The translations under genes and the position numbers were made by a program. From Vicinamibacterales bacterium (GTDB lineage Bacteria; Acidobacteriota; Vicinamibacteria; Vicinamibacterales; UBA2999), in NCBI GenBank assembly GCA_050183355.1, contig JBFXBH010000002.1:23288-87287 (forward strand): a stretch of DNA of 64,000 nt. Reading direction: 5' to 3'. Below the pieces are notes generated by a model. That model made no database searches. It worked only from the letters and a program-made list of their open reading frames with translations, and was not told where the DNA came from. Shown in pieces: positions 47,409-57,578 of this stretch. Numbering within the stretch: position 1 is the first letter of the stretch; each line of letters starts with the position of its first letter.

Positions 47409-48476
47409 ATGAAGATCCTTCGCTTGCGTGTACGGGCGGCAGTGGCTCTGGCGATTGTGTGTGTCGCAGCGGGCGCGGGGGCGGCGCAGACAGCCGCACC
47501 GTTGCCGGATGTGCGGTCGCTCGGTCCGCAGGTGGGACAGACGGTTCCCTCGATCTCCCTGGCGGATCAGAAGGGCGTGGTGCGCACGCTGCCGTCGCTC
47601 ATGGGACCGAAGGGCCTGATGTTGGTGTTCTCGCGGTCCGCGGACTGGTGCCCCTATTGCAAGACCCAGATGGCGGAACTGCAGACCAAAGCGGAGGACC
47701 TCCGCCGCAACGGGTGGGGGCTGGCAGTCGTGACCTACGACGCGGTCCCCGTCCTGGCGGACTTCGCAGCGAGGAGAGGCATTACCTACCCGCTCCTCTC
47801 CGACCCCGGATCGGAGACCATCAAGCGTTTCGGCATCCTGAACACGACGGTCCCTGCCGAGAACAAGGCGATGTTCGGGATCCCGTTCCCGGGTACGTTC
47901 CTGCTGGATGCGAAAGGCGTTGTCACGAACCGGTTCTTCGAGCCCGCGTATCAGGAGCGGGTCACGGTGGGGAGTGTTCTCGCGCGCCTGGGTAATCGCC
48001 TTGACGTTCCCGTGACGAAGGTCTCCTCGCCGCAGATGAACGTCACGGCGTACGCCACCGACGGTGTCGTGGCGCCGGGGACGAACTTCTCGGTCGTCCT
48101 GGACGTGGAGCCCGGTCCGAAGATGCACGTGTACGCGCCGGGCGTGACGGGCTACAAGCCGATCGCGCTGACCATGCAGCCGACTCCGGGCGTTCAGGTG
48201 AAGGCCGCGCAGTATCCGAAGTCCGAGGAGTACTACTTCGCGCCGCTCAAGGAACGCGTGCAGGTCTACCAGCGGCCGTTCCGCGTGGTGCAGGACCTGG
48301 CGGTCGACGCCTCGACGGCCGGTCAGGCCGCGCTCAAGGGCGTGACCACGCTGATACTGAAGGGCACGCTCGCCTACCAGGCGTGTGACGACCGTGTCTG
48401 CTACACGCCGCAGACCGTTCCCTTGACGTGGACGGTCGAACTGCGCGCACTCGACCGGGATCGGCCGAGGCCCTGA
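47409..48476 (+). CDS. secreted peroxiredoxin (AhpC/TSA/BCP-like) fused to a DsbD-alpha-like domain
   Basis: Signal peptide. Redoxin domain with WCPYC. The C-terminal domain ends in YQACDDRVCYTPQ, resembling the DsbD N-terminal domain YQGCADAGFCYPP. Starts 4 nt after the anti-sigma stop. Confidence 0.8.
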   Translation: MKILRLRVRAAVALAIVCVAAGAGAAQTAAPLPDVRSLGPQVGQTVPSISLADQKGVVRTLPSLMGPKGLMLVFSRSADWCPYCKTQMAELQTKAEDLRRNGWGLAVVTYDAVPVLADFAARRGITYPLLSDPGSETIKRFGILNTTVPAENKAMFGIPFPGTFLLDAKGVVTNRFFEPAYQERVTVGSVLARLGNRLDVPVTKVSSPQMNVTAYATDGVVAPGTNFSVVLDVEPGPKMHVYAPGVTGYKPIALTMQPTPGVQVKAAQYPKSEEYYFAPLKERVQVYQRPFRVVQDLAVDASTAGQAALKGVTTLILKGTLAYQACDDRVCYTPQTVPLTWTVELRALDRDRPRP

Positions 48477-48542
48477 CGCACGCGTTCGTGGCGGTGTTCG
48501 GCGCCCGCGCATCGGCATAGAATGCCGACCGGAGGCACGGAC

Positions 48543-48971
48543 ATGTTCAGCGAGTTCAAGCAGTTCGCGATGCGCGGGAACGTGGTTGATCTCGCGATCG
48601 GCGTGATTATCGGCGGCGCGTTCGGCGCGATCGTCACCAGCTTCGTCGGCGACATCATGATGCCGATTATCGGCGTGCTCACCGGCGGCGTGGACTTCTC
48701 GAATATGTACGTGCTGCTCAGAGAGGGTCCGCAGGCGGGGCCGTACGCCTCACTGGATGCGGCGCGGAAGGCCGGCGCGGTGGCCGTCGCCTACGGCGCG
48801 CTGATCAACACGGTCGTCAACTTCCTGATCGTGGCCGCCGCGCTGTTCGTGGTCGTCAAGGGCATGAACGCGGCGAAGAAGCAGGAAGCCGCGGCCCCGG
48901 CCGCGCCGCCGGCGCCGCCCGAGGATGTCGTGCTGCTGCGCGAGATCCGGGACCTGCTCGCAAAGCGATAG
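48543..48971 (+). CDS. mscL: large-conductance mechanosensitive channel MscL
   Basis: [44 protein letters not shown] is near-consensus MscL. GGAGG RBS before ATG 48543. Confidence 0.92.
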   Translation: MFSEFKQFAMRGNVVDLAIGVIIGGAFGAIVTSFVGDIMMPIIGVLTGGVDFSNMYVLLREGPQAGPYASLDAARKAGAVAVAYGALINTVVNFLIVAAALFVVVKGMNAAKKQEAAAPAAPPAPPEDVVLLREIRDLLAKR

Positions 48972-49000
48972 CCACACCCGCGCGCCGCCGCGAACGTGCC

Positions 49001-49202
49001 CCGTCCCGCCGGGGTGCCATGGTCGCCGCGGGGGCTCCGGTTCCGCAGACCGGAAAAGCGACGCTCCGGCTTAACGTCCCGTGCAAGGCGTGGGGGCCCC
49101 CATCCCCACGCGTGTCAGTGGCCTGCGCGTCACTTTTCGTGCCTTCATGACGGTCTGCTCCACAGTCGCCCCCGCAGCGACCATGGCACCCCGGCGGGAC
49201 GG
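49001..49202. repeat. roughly 200-bp nested imperfect palindrome (34-bp outer arms, 33/34 match)
   Basis: 49001-49034 is the reverse complement of 49169-49202 with 1 mismatch. Inner complementary blocks are GCAGACCG, GAAAAGCGACGC/GCGTCACTTTTC and GCGTGGGG/CCCCACGC. The apex is GGGGGCCCCC (49092-49101). Confidence 0.75.
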
Positions 49203-49231
49203 CCCGTGGCCGCTCGTCGAGCGGCGGATCG

Positions 49232-49816
49232 TCAGCCGGCGGCGTCGGCGGCGATCGCGCGGCGCGTGTCTTCGCCGAGCACGGCCTGGGCCTGATAGGC
49301 CGGGTGGTCCACGATCAGGCGCACCACGGTGCCGTCGGTGGCGAGCAGGCCGACCTGGGTCGGCGTCAGCGCGAACTTCACGTACTGGACGGAGGACACG
49401 GCCCGTTCGTCGATCTGCCCGCGGTCGAACGTGGCCAGCACGCGCGGCGTGTCGCCCACCTGCAGCCACACGTGGCGGTCGAGCCCGACGAAGCGCGGCA
49501 GGGCCAACGCCCGCTCGGCCGGGGTTTCGTACTCGAGCATCAGCGTGGCCGAGAGTTCGCCGGGCCCCGGGATCAGCGGGTTGTAGGCACGGAGTTCGTC
49601 CTCGAGCGCGCCGGGCCGCGACCAACTGTCCTCCGCGCGCAGCATCTCCTGCACCTGGTACCGCATCGTCTCGCGGCTCTCGAAGTGGACGGAGCAGTGC
49701 CAGCCCACGAGCACGCGGCGGCGCGCCTTCTCCAGCATGATGCGCCGGCGGAACTCCGGCCGCGCGGCTTCGTACGCGGCCTTGTCGAGGATGTCGGCCG
49801 GGGTCAGTCGGGTCAT
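49232..49816 (-). CDS. DUF3501 family protein
   Basis: Start at the internal Met MTRLTP (ATGA overlap with the upstream gene). 194 aa; sequence and Fe-S/rubrerythrin neighbourhood are typical of DUF3501. Confidence 0.75.
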   Translation of the reverse strand: MTRLTPADILDKAAYEAARPEFRRRIMLEKARRRVLVGWHCSVHFESRETMRYQVQEMLRAEDSWSRPGALEDELRAYNPLIPGPGELSATLMLEYETPAERALALPRFVGLDRHVWLQVGDTPRVLATFDRGQIDERAVSSVQYVKFALTPTQVGLLATDGTVVRLIVDHPAYQAQAVLGEDTRRAIAADAAG

Positions 49817-51195
49817 GCGTCTGGCTCCGTGGCGGTCACCGGCGCAGCAACCGCGGTGGGGAAGCCGTCCGGGCGGTAGGCACGGTCCAGCACCTGCACG
49901 GGATGGAGGGGCTCGCGGCCCGAGACCTGCCGGAACTGCAGCGCCGCCAGCGGGCACTCGGTCGTCCAGGTGTCCGCGTCCGCCTCGGCCATCCCCTCAA
50001 ACGCCCGCCGGCCGTTCACGATCGACGCGGCGTGGTGTTCCGTCTTCAGCGCCCACGTGCCGTCGTGCCCGCAGCACTCGGCGACCAGCTTCGGTATGAC
50101 GCCGGGGATCCGGCGCATCAGGTCGCGCCCGCGGAAGCCGATGTTCTGTGCGCGCAGGTGGCAGGGGGCGTGGTACGCGACCGGACCGGCCGGCGTGGAC
50201 CGGAAATCCTCGCGGAAGTGGCCGGCCTGGCGCTGCTGGAACAGATACTCCCCGAGGTCGCGCGTGGCCGCCGCGACGAGCAGCGCCTGCGTGTGGAGCG
50301 CCGGCTCCGCGGTGTCGTTGAGCAGTTCCGGATACTCCTGCCGGATCATCAGGCTGCACGTGGGGTTGACGACCGCCACGGCGTAGCCGCGGTCGACCCA
50401 CGGCGCGAGCGTGGTCACCGTCGCCCGGGCGGCGCGGCGCGCCTGGTCCACGTCGCCGCTGTCGAGCGCCGGCATCCCGCAGCACGGCACGCCGGGCGTC
50501 GCGACCCGGCAGTCGTTATGGCGCAGCACCCGGTGCGCGGCGTGGCCGATCTCCGGCTGGTTCCACTGGACGTAGCAGGTGGGGTGCAGCACCACCGTGT
50601 GCGTGCCGTCCGGCGTGACGTCGGCTCCAACCGTGCGCCGTGTCCAGGCGGAGAAGGTTTCGGACGCGAACGGGGGCAGCGCGGCATCCCGGTGGATGCC
50701 GGCCGCGTGCTCCATCAGCGTCCGGTGGGCCCGGCTCCGGTTCACCGCGTTGGCCAGCATCGGCAGCGCCGTGCCCACGCGGCCCAGCGTGTCGGGATTG
50801 GCCAGCATCCGCTCCCGCAGCGGGATGCCGTGCTCGCGCCGCCGGACGGCGTTCGCGCGGAGGAGCAGCCGCGGCACGTCGAGCTTGAACTCGTGGCCCT
50901 CCGCCTCCGTGTAGGGGCACTGGGTGTAGCACTGCTTGCACTGGAAGCAGGCGTCGATCACGCGGTCCGTGACGGTGGCCGGCAGGTGACGGACGTCACC
51001 CGCCTGTTCCACCGCGTCAAAGAGGGTGGGAAAGGACTCGCAGTGCTTGAAGCAGAGCCGGCAGCCGTTGCAGAGGTCGTAGGCGCGGTCGAGTTCCTGC
51101 TGCAGCGCCGCGCGGTCCCAGTATTTCGGCTCGTTCGGGTTGTACGTCAGGCCGTCGGTCGGGGTGTACCGGATCTCGGGCAGCGGGTCGCTCAT
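49813..51195 (-). CDS. (Fe-S)-binding protein with two CCG domains (HdrD/GlpC-like heterodisulfide-reductase-related)
   Basis: Two ferredoxin-type clusters ([11 protein letters not shown]; [12 protein letters not shown]) and two CCG motifs (PCCGMP; ECCGHDG). Confidence 0.85.
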   Translation of the reverse strand: MSDPLPEIRYTPTDGLTYNPNEPKYWDRAALQQELDRAYDLCNGCRLCFKHCESFPTLFDAVEQAGDVRHLPATVTDRVIDACFQCKQCYTQCPYTEAEGHEFKLDVPRLLLRANAVRRREHGIPLRERMLANPDTLGRVGTALPMLANAVNRSRAHRTLMEHAAGIHRDAALPPFASETFSAWTRRTVGADVTPDGTHTVVLHPTCYVQWNQPEIGHAAHRVLRHNDCRVATPGVPCCGMPALDSGDVDQARRAARATVTTLAPWVDRGYAVAVVNPTCSLMIRQEYPELLNDTAEPALHTQALLVAAATRDLGEYLFQQRQAGHFREDFRSTPAGPVAYHAPCHLRAQNIGFRGRDLMRRIPGVIPKLVAECCGHDGTWALKTEHHAASIVNGRRAFEGMAEADADTWTTECPLAALQFRQVSGREPLHPVQVLDRAYRPDGFPTAVAAPVTATEPDA

Positions 51196-51248
51196 GGGCG
51201 CGTCGGGGGGAGCGCGGGCCGGCGGCGACGGATCGCCGGCCCGGCTCG

Positions 51249-51665
51249 CTACAGGGTCTCGAGGGCGCGCTGGAACTTGCCCGCGTGCGAGCGTTCCGCC
51301 TTGGCCAGCGTCTCGAACCAGTCGGCGATCTCGGCGAAGCCCTCCTCACGTGCGGCCTTCGCCATGCCGGGATACATGTCCGTGTACTCGTGGGTTTCCC
51401 CGGCCACCGCCGACGCCAGCATCTGGGGGACGTCCCCCAGCGGGAGGCCCGTCGCGGGGTCGCCGACCTTCTTCAGATACTCGAGATGACCGTGCGCGTG
51501 CCCCGTCTCGCCTTCCGCGGTGTCGCGGAACAGCCCCGCCACGTCCGGGTAGCCCTCGATATCCGCCTGCTTGGCGAAGAACAGGTACCGGCGGTTCGCC
51601 TGGGATTCCCCCGCGAACGCATCCTTCAGATTCTGCTCCGTCTTTGAGCCCTTCAAGCCCGCCAT
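51249..51665 (-). CDS. rubrerythrin-family protein (ferritin-like di-iron domain only)
   Basis: GGAGGG RBS before Met 51665. [19 protein letters not shown]...[10 protein letters not shown]...GETHE..MY...AERSHAGKF di-iron ExxH motifs. No rubredoxin tail. Confidence 0.9.
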   Translation of the reverse strand: MAGLKGSKTEQNLKDAFAGESQANRRYLFFAKQADIEGYPDVAGLFRDTAEGETGHAHGHLEYLKKVGDPATGLPLGDVPQMLASAVAGETHEYTDMYPGMAKAAREEGFAEIADWFETLAKAERSHAGKFQRALETL

Positions 51666-51778
51666 GTTCCCTCCGTGTCGCAAATGATCTCATCCGAGTC
51701 TAGCCCGAAGCCGAACCATTGGAACCGCCGGTATACTGAGTGGCCAGTACCAATCCCGGCAACCCAAGGTTTCCCTGA

Positions 51779-53359
51779 GTGACTTCTACAGCCCCATCCC
51801 GCGTTTCGTCCGCCCCGCGCGTCCATCTTGTGAACCCCAGCGCCCGCGCCTTCGGCGTGGCCGTGATCACGCCCCGCTGGCTCTACGTGCTGGCCGCGGC
51901 GACCGGCACCGAGTGGGGCGACCCGGTGATCGTGGATGAGACGCTCGAGCACATCGACCTTTCGACCATTGCCCCTGGCGACGTGGTCGGCATCGGCGTG
52001 CACACCGGCAACGCCCTCCGCGGCTACGAAGTGGGCCGGGCGGCCCGCGAGCGGGGCGCCTGGGTGGTCTACGGCGGCATCCACGCGACGCTCTTCCCGG
52101 AGGAGATGCACGAGGTCGGCGGGGCGCACGCCGTCGTCAAGGGCGACGGCGACGTCGTCTGGCCGCAGGTCGTCCGCGATTGCCTGGCCGGCACGCCGCA
52201 GCGCGTCTACGAGGGCGGCCGCATCCCGGCCGGCGAGTTCTCGAAGGCCCGCTGGGACCTGATGCCGAAGGGCCGCTACATGTGGGCCTCGGTCCAGACG
52301 GTCCGCGGGTGTCCGAAGCACTGCTCGTTCTGCTCGGTCTGGCGGACCGACGGCCAGGAGCCCCGCCAGCGCGGCGTGGACGCCGTCATCGCCGAGATCG
52401 TGGAACTGCGGCGGATGGGCTTCCGCTTCATCGCACTGGCGGACGACAACTTCTACCCGGTCACGTTCGAGGACATCGCGATGGCCCGCCGCCGGTCGGA
52501 CAAGACCCGGCTGCACGAGCTGGAGGCGCTGCGCGCGGAGCGGTTCGAGCTGATGGACCGGCTGGCGCAGCTCCCGAGCGACACGGTCTGCTTCACGCAG
52601 ATCACGATGGAAGCGGCCGAGGACCCGGAGTTCCTGGACGCGATGAAGCGCGCGCGGATCATGGGCGCGCTGGTCGGCGTGGAATCGGTCAGCGAGGCCG
52701 GTCTCAAGGACGTCTACAAGGGCTTCAACCTGGCCGGCGAGGAACTGGTGGCCAGGCTCAAGACGTTCCGCCGCCACGGCGTGCACGTGCTCGGGTCCTT
52801 CATCTTCGGCCTGCCGAGCGACACCGAGGACACGTTCCGGTCGACCGTGGCGCTGGCGCAGCGCGCGGACCTGACGTTCGCGCAGTTCGTGCTGCTCACG
52901 CCGTTCCCCGGCACGATCGACTTCGAGAAGTGGGCGAAGGCCGAGAACCAGAAGGGCACGGCGGTGGACGGGGTACCTGTGACCAAGCATTGGCTGATCC
53001 CCGAGTCGCGCCGGCCGAAGCTGTTCACACCGCACCCGACGATGAGCCTCGAACGGATCCGCGAGGGTGCGCAGGGCGCGTGGGACGACTTCTACAGCTG
53101 GGCCTCCGTGTGGAAGCGGTCCGGCGCGGCGGTCAAGTCCATCAAGGCGCGCGTGGCGTTCGTGCTGATCTCGAAGCTGTACCGGCAGATGTACGCCAAC
53201 ACCGGGATCGCGACCGACAGCGCCCGCGTGAACCGGTCGCAGAAGTGGGCGCGGCTGATGGCGGCGGCGGCCAAGCCGCTGTTCTCCGGCCGGCCGATGC
53301 CGGACCTGCAGGTGCCCGCGCCGGTGAACCGTCCGGTCCCCGTGGCGCGGAGCGCCTAG
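51779..53359 (+). CDS. B12-binding domain-containing radical SAM protein
   Basis: 526 aa. N-terminal Rossmann-like B12-binding region (VVGIGVHTGN...VVYGGIHAT), then RGCPKHCSFC (CX3CX2C). Confidence 0.8.
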   Translation: MTSTAPSRVSSAPRVHLVNPSARAFGVAVITPRWLYVLAAATGTEWGDPVIVDETLEHIDLSTIAPGDVVGIGVHTGNALRGYEVGRAARERGAWVVYGGIHATLFPEEMHEVGGAHAVVKGDGDVVWPQVVRDCLAGTPQRVYEGGRIPAGEFSKARWDLMPKGRYMWASVQTVRGCPKHCSFCSVWRTDGQEPRQRGVDAVIAEIVELRRMGFRFIALADDNFYPVTFEDIAMARRRSDKTRLHELEALRAERFELMDRLAQLPSDTVCFTQITMEAAEDPEFLDAMKRARIMGALVGVESVSEAGLKDVYKGFNLAGEELVARLKTFRRHGVHVLGSFIFGLPSDTEDTFRSTVALAQRADLTFAQFVLLTPFPGTIDFEKWAKAENQKGTAVDGVPVTKHWLIPESRRPKLFTPHPTMSLERIREGAQGAWDDFYSWASVWKRSGAAVKSIKARVAFVLISKLYRQMYANTGIATDSARVNRSQKWARLMAAAAKPLFSGRPMPDLQVPAPVNRPVPVARSA

Positions 53360-53377
53360 CCGCCCGCGCCCGGTCCG

Positions 53378-54574
53378 ATGCACGCGCGGCTGCCCGACCT
53401 CCAGCCGTATCCGTTCGAGCGGCTGCGCGCGCTGTTGGCGGGCGTCACGCCGCCCGACCTCCTGCCGCTGCGCCTGTCGATCGGTGAGCCGCAGTTCCCG
53501 ACGCCTGCCGTCATCACCGAGGCGCTCGCGGCCGGCATGCGCGGGCTGTCGGTGTATCCGCTGACAGCGGGGCTGCCGGCGCTGCGCGAGGCCATCGCCG
53601 CGTGGTTCTGCCGGCGGTACGGGTTGCCATCGCTCGACCCGGACACCGAGGTTCTGCCCGTGAACGGGTCGCGGGAGGCGCTGTTCGCGTTCGCGCAGGC
53701 CGTCATCGATCAGGCGAAGCCCGCGCCGCTGGTCGTCAGCCCGAACCCGTTCTATCAGATCTACGAAGGCGCGGCCGTGCTCGCGGGCGCGACCGTCCAC
53801 TTTCTGAACCAGACGGCGGACCGGGGCTTCGCGCTCGACCTCGCGTCGCTCCCGGACGAGGCGTGGCGGCGCACGCAACTGCTCTACGTCTGCACGCCCG
53901 GCAACCCGACCGGGCACGTGCTCGACCTCGACGCCTGGCGCGAGATCTTCAGCTACGCGGATCGCTACGGCTTCGCGGTCGCCTCGGACGAGTGTTACTC
54001 GGAGATCTACCCGGACGAGGCCCGTCCGCCCCTGGGCGGCCTCGAAGCGGCGCAGCGCCTCGGCCGCACGGACTTCCGGAACCTCGTGGTGTTCACGAGC
54101 CTGTCGAAGCGCTCCAACGCACCGGGTCTGCGGTCCGGCGCCGTGGCCGGGGACGCCGCGCTGCTGAAGGCCTTCCTGCTGTACCGGACGTATCACGGCA
54201 GCGCGATGAGCGAGACCGTGCAGCAGGCCAGCCTGGCGGCCTGGCGGGACGAAGCGCACGTCGTGGCGAACCGGCAGCGGTACCGGGCGTCGTTCGACGC
54301 GATGCTGCCGGTGCTCGCGCCGGTGATGGACGTCTACCGGCCGGATGCGGGGTTCTACCTCTGGGCCGGCGTGCCCGGTGGCGACGACGCGGCCTTCACG
54401 CGCGAGCTGTTCCGCGCGACGCACGTCACCGTGCTGCCGGGCCAGTTCCTGGCGCGCGACGCGCAGGGGATGCAGCCGGGGCGCGGCCGCGTGCGGATGG
54501 CGCTCGTGGCGGGCGAGGACGCCTGCGCCGAGGCCGCGCGGCGGATCGCGGCGTTCTGCCTCGCTCAGGCCTGA
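53378..54574 (+). CDS. dapC: succinyldiaminopimelate transaminase DapC
   Basis: LQPYPFERLRALL N-terminus, SLSKRSNAPGLRSG PLP-lysine motif, 398 aa. dapD and dapE lie nearby. Confidence 0.85.
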   Translation: MHARLPDLQPYPFERLRALLAGVTPPDLLPLRLSIGEPQFPTPAVITEALAAGMRGLSVYPLTAGLPALREAIAAWFCRRYGLPSLDPDTEVLPVNGSREALFAFAQAVIDQAKPAPLVVSPNPFYQIYEGAAVLAGATVHFLNQTADRGFALDLASLPDEAWRRTQLLYVCTPGNPTGHVLDLDAWREIFSYADRYGFAVASDECYSEIYPDEARPPLGGLEAAQRLGRTDFRNLVVFTSLSKRSNAPGLRSGAVAGDAALLKAFLLYRTYHGSAMSETVQQASLAAWRDEAHVVANRQRYRASFDAMLPVLAPVMDVYRPDAGFYLWAGVPGGDDAAFTRELFRATHVTVLPGQFLARDAQGMQPGRGRVRMALVAGEDACAEAARRIAAFCLAQA

Positions 54575-55443
54575 GCCGGCACGGCCGCGCGGGCGAGGGC
54601 GCCGAGGACCCGGCGGCCGTCAGGGTCGCGCCGTGGATTGACCGGCACGCAGAGCACCGTGCCCTCCCGCCGCGCCAGCACGTTCTCGACCACCACGGCC
54701 CGCATCATCCAGACGGCCGTGGCCACCTGTCCGCAGTCCACGCCGAGCCAGCCTCGCGCGGCCAGCGGTGCGGCCGGCAGTCCCGTCTGCCGCGTGACCG
54801 CGTCCGCCAGTGCGGTCGCGGCGGCGCCGGTGCCGGAGAAGCCCTCGTCCACCATCGGCGTCACCAGCGGAGACTCCAACTCCATCTCCACGAACAGCGT
54901 CGCGATCCGTTCGCGCTGCTCGGGCGGTATGTGCCCGGACCAGTAGTGGCACGTCTTGGCGAGTGACGTGATGACGTTCTTGATTTCCTTCTCGACGCGG
55001 TAGTCCGGCCCGGCCGGCAGATCCAGCCAGCTGCCTTGCCGGCGGGCTGAGACGTTCTCCGTCACGACCGCGCGCAGCAGCCACGAGGCCATCACCTCGC
55101 GGTCGCATGTCACGCGGACCCAGCCGGGGTCGGGGGACGCCGTGGCGCGAAGGCCCGTCACCATCCGCACACCCCGGCAGATCTCGTCGACGACAGCCGC
55201 GTGGGCCTCCGGCGCGCGCGTGATGGCGGCCGGTGCCGCCGGCTCGAGCAGCGTGCCCCGGTGCGGCGGACCGCCGGCCAGCGCCAGGTCGCAGAAGGTC
55301 TGCCAGATCTCGTCCCACGCCACCCGGCCGTCGGGGCCGTACTTCAACCCGGCGGAGCCCATCGAGACCGGCTGCACGGTTTCCCACGTCTCCTGGTAGA
55401 GCGGCGGCAGCAGCGTCCGCAGGCGCGTGTCCAGACGATCCAT
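54565..55443 (-). CDS. hypothetical protein with an internal tandem duplication
   Basis: 292 aa from Met 55443. Residues about 80-146 and 205-270 are clearly related ([37 protein letters not shown] vs [37 protein letters not shown]). I do not recognise a family. Confidence 0.55.
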   Translation of the reverse strand: MDRLDTRLRTLLPPLYQETWETVQPVSMGSAGLKYGPDGRVAWDEIWQTFCDLALAGGPPHRGTLLEPAAPAAITRAPEAHAAVVDEICRGVRMVTGLRATASPDPGWVRVTCDREVMASWLLRAVVTENVSARRQGSWLDLPAGPDYRVEKEIKNVITSLAKTCHYWSGHIPPEQRERIATLFVEMELESPLVTPMVDEGFSGTGAAATALADAVTRQTGLPAAPLAARGWLGVDCGQVATAVWMMRAVVVENVLARREGTVLCVPVNPRRDPDGRRVLGALARAAVPAQA

Positions 55444-55576
55444 CCCGCGTCCATTGTCGCGAATGCCCGCGCGGACCGCTACTCCAGCCAGAGGAGCAAC
55501 GCCGCCCACCGGGCCCCGCCGCGCGGACCGCGCGTGGTGGGTCGGGCAAGCATGCTGGTACTATGGCGCTCACGTC

Positions 55577-56404
55577 ATGACCACGTCCGCGCTTGCTTCC
55601 GTGATTGACGCCGCCTTCGAGCGGCGTGCCGACCTGACCGCCTCCACCGCACCGGCCGATCTGCTGGCCGCGCTGAACGACGTCGTGGGCCGGTTGAACG
55701 CCGGCACGCTGCGCGTCGCCGAGAAGATCGACGGCGTCTGGACGACGCACCAGTGGATCAAGAAGGCGGTGCTGCTCTACATCCGCACGCGCGAGAACGG
55801 CGTGATGCCGTCCGGCAGCGGGTCGCCGTACTTCGACCGGGTTCCGCTCCGGTTCGAAGGCTACGACGAGGCGCAGTTCCGGGCGGCCGGCGCGCGCGTG
55901 GTGCCGGGCGCCGTGGCGCGTACGGGCGCCTACATCGCGCCGAACGTCGTGCTGATGCCGTCGTTCGTCAACATCGGCGCCTACGTGGACGAAGGCACGA
56001 TGGTCGACACGTGGGCCACGGTCGGCTCGTGCGCCCAGGTGGGCAAGCACGTCCATCTCTCGGGCGGCGCCGGCATCGGGGGCGTGCTGGAGCCGCTCCA
56101 GGCCAATCCGACGATCATCGAAGACCACTGTTTCATCGGCGCCCGATCGGAGGTCGTCGAGGGCGTGATCGTCGAGGCGCACTCGGTCATCTCGATGGGC
56201 GTCTTCATCGGCCAGAGCACGAAGATCTACGACCGCGCGACCGGAGAGGTCAGCTACGGGCGCGTCCCGTCGGGGTCGGTCGTCGTCCCGGGCAGTCTGC
56301 CGTCGGCGGACGGGACGTACTCGCTGAACTGCGCGGTCATCGTGAAGCGCGTCGACGCGGCCACGCGCGCGAAGACCTCCATCAACGAGCTGCTCCGCTC
56401 CTAA
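55577..56404 (+). CDS. dapD: 2,3,4,5-tetrahydropyridine-2,6-dicarboxylate N-succinyltransferase DapD
   Basis: 275 aa. Hexapeptide-repeat LbH region ([40 protein letters not shown]) and typical DapD N-terminus. Confidence 0.9.
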   Translation: MTTSALASVIDAAFERRADLTASTAPADLLAALNDVVGRLNAGTLRVAEKIDGVWTTHQWIKKAVLLYIRTRENGVMPSGSGSPYFDRVPLRFEGYDEAQFRAAGARVVPGAVARTGAYIAPNVVLMPSFVNIGAYVDEGTMVDTWATVGSCAQVGKHVHLSGGAGIGGVLEPLQANPTIIEDHCFIGARSEVVEGVIVEAHSVISMGVFIGQSTKIYDRATGEVSYGRVPSGSVVVPGSLPSADGTYSLNCAVIVKRVDAATRAKTSINELLRS

Positions 56405-56411
56405 CCCCGTC

Positions 56412-57578
56412 ATGCTGCAGCCCGGCGCGGTTCCCGGCTCAGACCTGCAGGCCGCCACGCTCGACCTGGCGAAGCAGTTGATCGCCCGGCCGTCGCTGAC
56501 GCCCGACGACGCCGGCTGCCTGGACATCGTGGCCGCGCGTCTGGCCGCCGCCGGGTTCACGTGCGAGCGGCTGGATCGTGGGGGCGTTGGCAACCTGTGG
56601 GCGCGGAGGGGGACCGGCGCGCCGCTGGTCGCCTTCGCGGGCCACGTCGACGTGGTGCCCGCAGGGCCGGCCGCGCAGTGGACCGGGGATCCGTTCACGC
56701 CCGTCGTGCGCGATGGCCTGCTCTTCGGGCGCGGCGCGGCCGACATGAAGGGCTCGGTGGCCGCGATGGTCGTCGCGCTCGAGCGCTGGACCGCCGCCAA
56801 CCCGGCGCATCCGGGTTCGGTGGCGCTGCTGCTGACCTCCGATGAAGAAGGCGACGCCGTGCACGGCACGGCGGCGGCCGTGGAGGCGCTGGCCGCGCGC
56901 GGCGTCGCGATCGACGCCTGCATCGTCGGGGAGCCGACGTCGGTGGCGCAACTCGGCGACACGATGAAGGTCGGCCGGCGCGGGTCGCTGAACGGCGTGC
57001 TGACCGTGCGCGGCGTCCAGTGCCACATCGCCTACCCCGAGCTTGGACTGAACGCCGTCCATGCCGCGCTGCCGGCGCTGGCCGAACTGGCGGGCCTCGA
57101 GTGGGATGCCGGCACGGGGGCCTTTCCGCCGACGCGGTTCCAGATCTCGAACGTGCACGCGGGCACGGGCGCGGTCAACGTCGTGCCGGGCACGTGCGAC
57201 GTGCTGTTCAACATCCGCTTCTCGCCCGCATCGACGCCAGAGGCGATCCAGTCGCGTGTGCGCGAGGTCCTCGACCGGCACGGCCTCACCTATGAGCTCC
57301 GCTGGACGCTCTCCGCGATGCCGTTCTCGACGCCGGCCGGCGCGCTGGTGGACACGCTCGCCGCGGCCGTGCGCGAGGTTACCGGCCTGACGCCGGAACT
57401 CTCCACGTCCGGCGGCACCTCCGACGGCCGCTTCCTGGCGGCCATCTCGCGCGAACTGGTCGAGTTCGGCCCCGTGAACCGGTCGATGCACGCCGTGGAC
57501 GAGCACGTGCGCGTCGAGGACCTCGGCCGGCTGGCGGGGATCTTCTCGCGCACGCTCGACGCCCGGATCGCGCGGTGA
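56412..57578 (+). CDS. dapE: succinyl-diaminopimelate desuccinylase DapE
   Basis: M20 peptidase motifs (AFAGHVDVVP, GRGAADMKG, LLTSDEEG). 388 aa. Confidence 0.9.
   Translation: MLQPGAVPGSDLQAATLDLAKQLIARPSLTPDDAGCLDIVAARLAAAGFTCERLDRGGVGNLWARRGTGAPLVAFAGHVDVVPAGPAAQWTGDPFTPVVRDGLLFGRGAADMKGSVAAMVVALERWTAANPAHPGSVALLLTSDEEGDAVHGTAAAVEALAARGVAIDACIVGEPTSVAQLGDTMKVGRRGSLNGVLTVRGVQCHIAYPELGLNAVHAALPALAELAGLEWDAGTGAFPPTRFQISNVHAGTGAVNVVPGTCDVLFNIRFSPASTPEAIQSRVREVLDRHGLTYELRWTLSAMPFSTPAGALVDTLAAAVREVTGLTPELSTSGGTSDGRFLAAISRELVEFGPVNRSMHAVDEHVRVEDLGRLAGIFSRTLDARIAR

Noticed and set aside
51653-57028. Two very long minus-strand ORFs (51653-54424 and 54620-57028, 923 and 802 aa)
   Set aside because: They are antisense to the B12-rSAM, dapC, dapD and dapE genes, which have clear family motifs. 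Their translations are Arg/Gly/Pro-rich with no recognisable domains.
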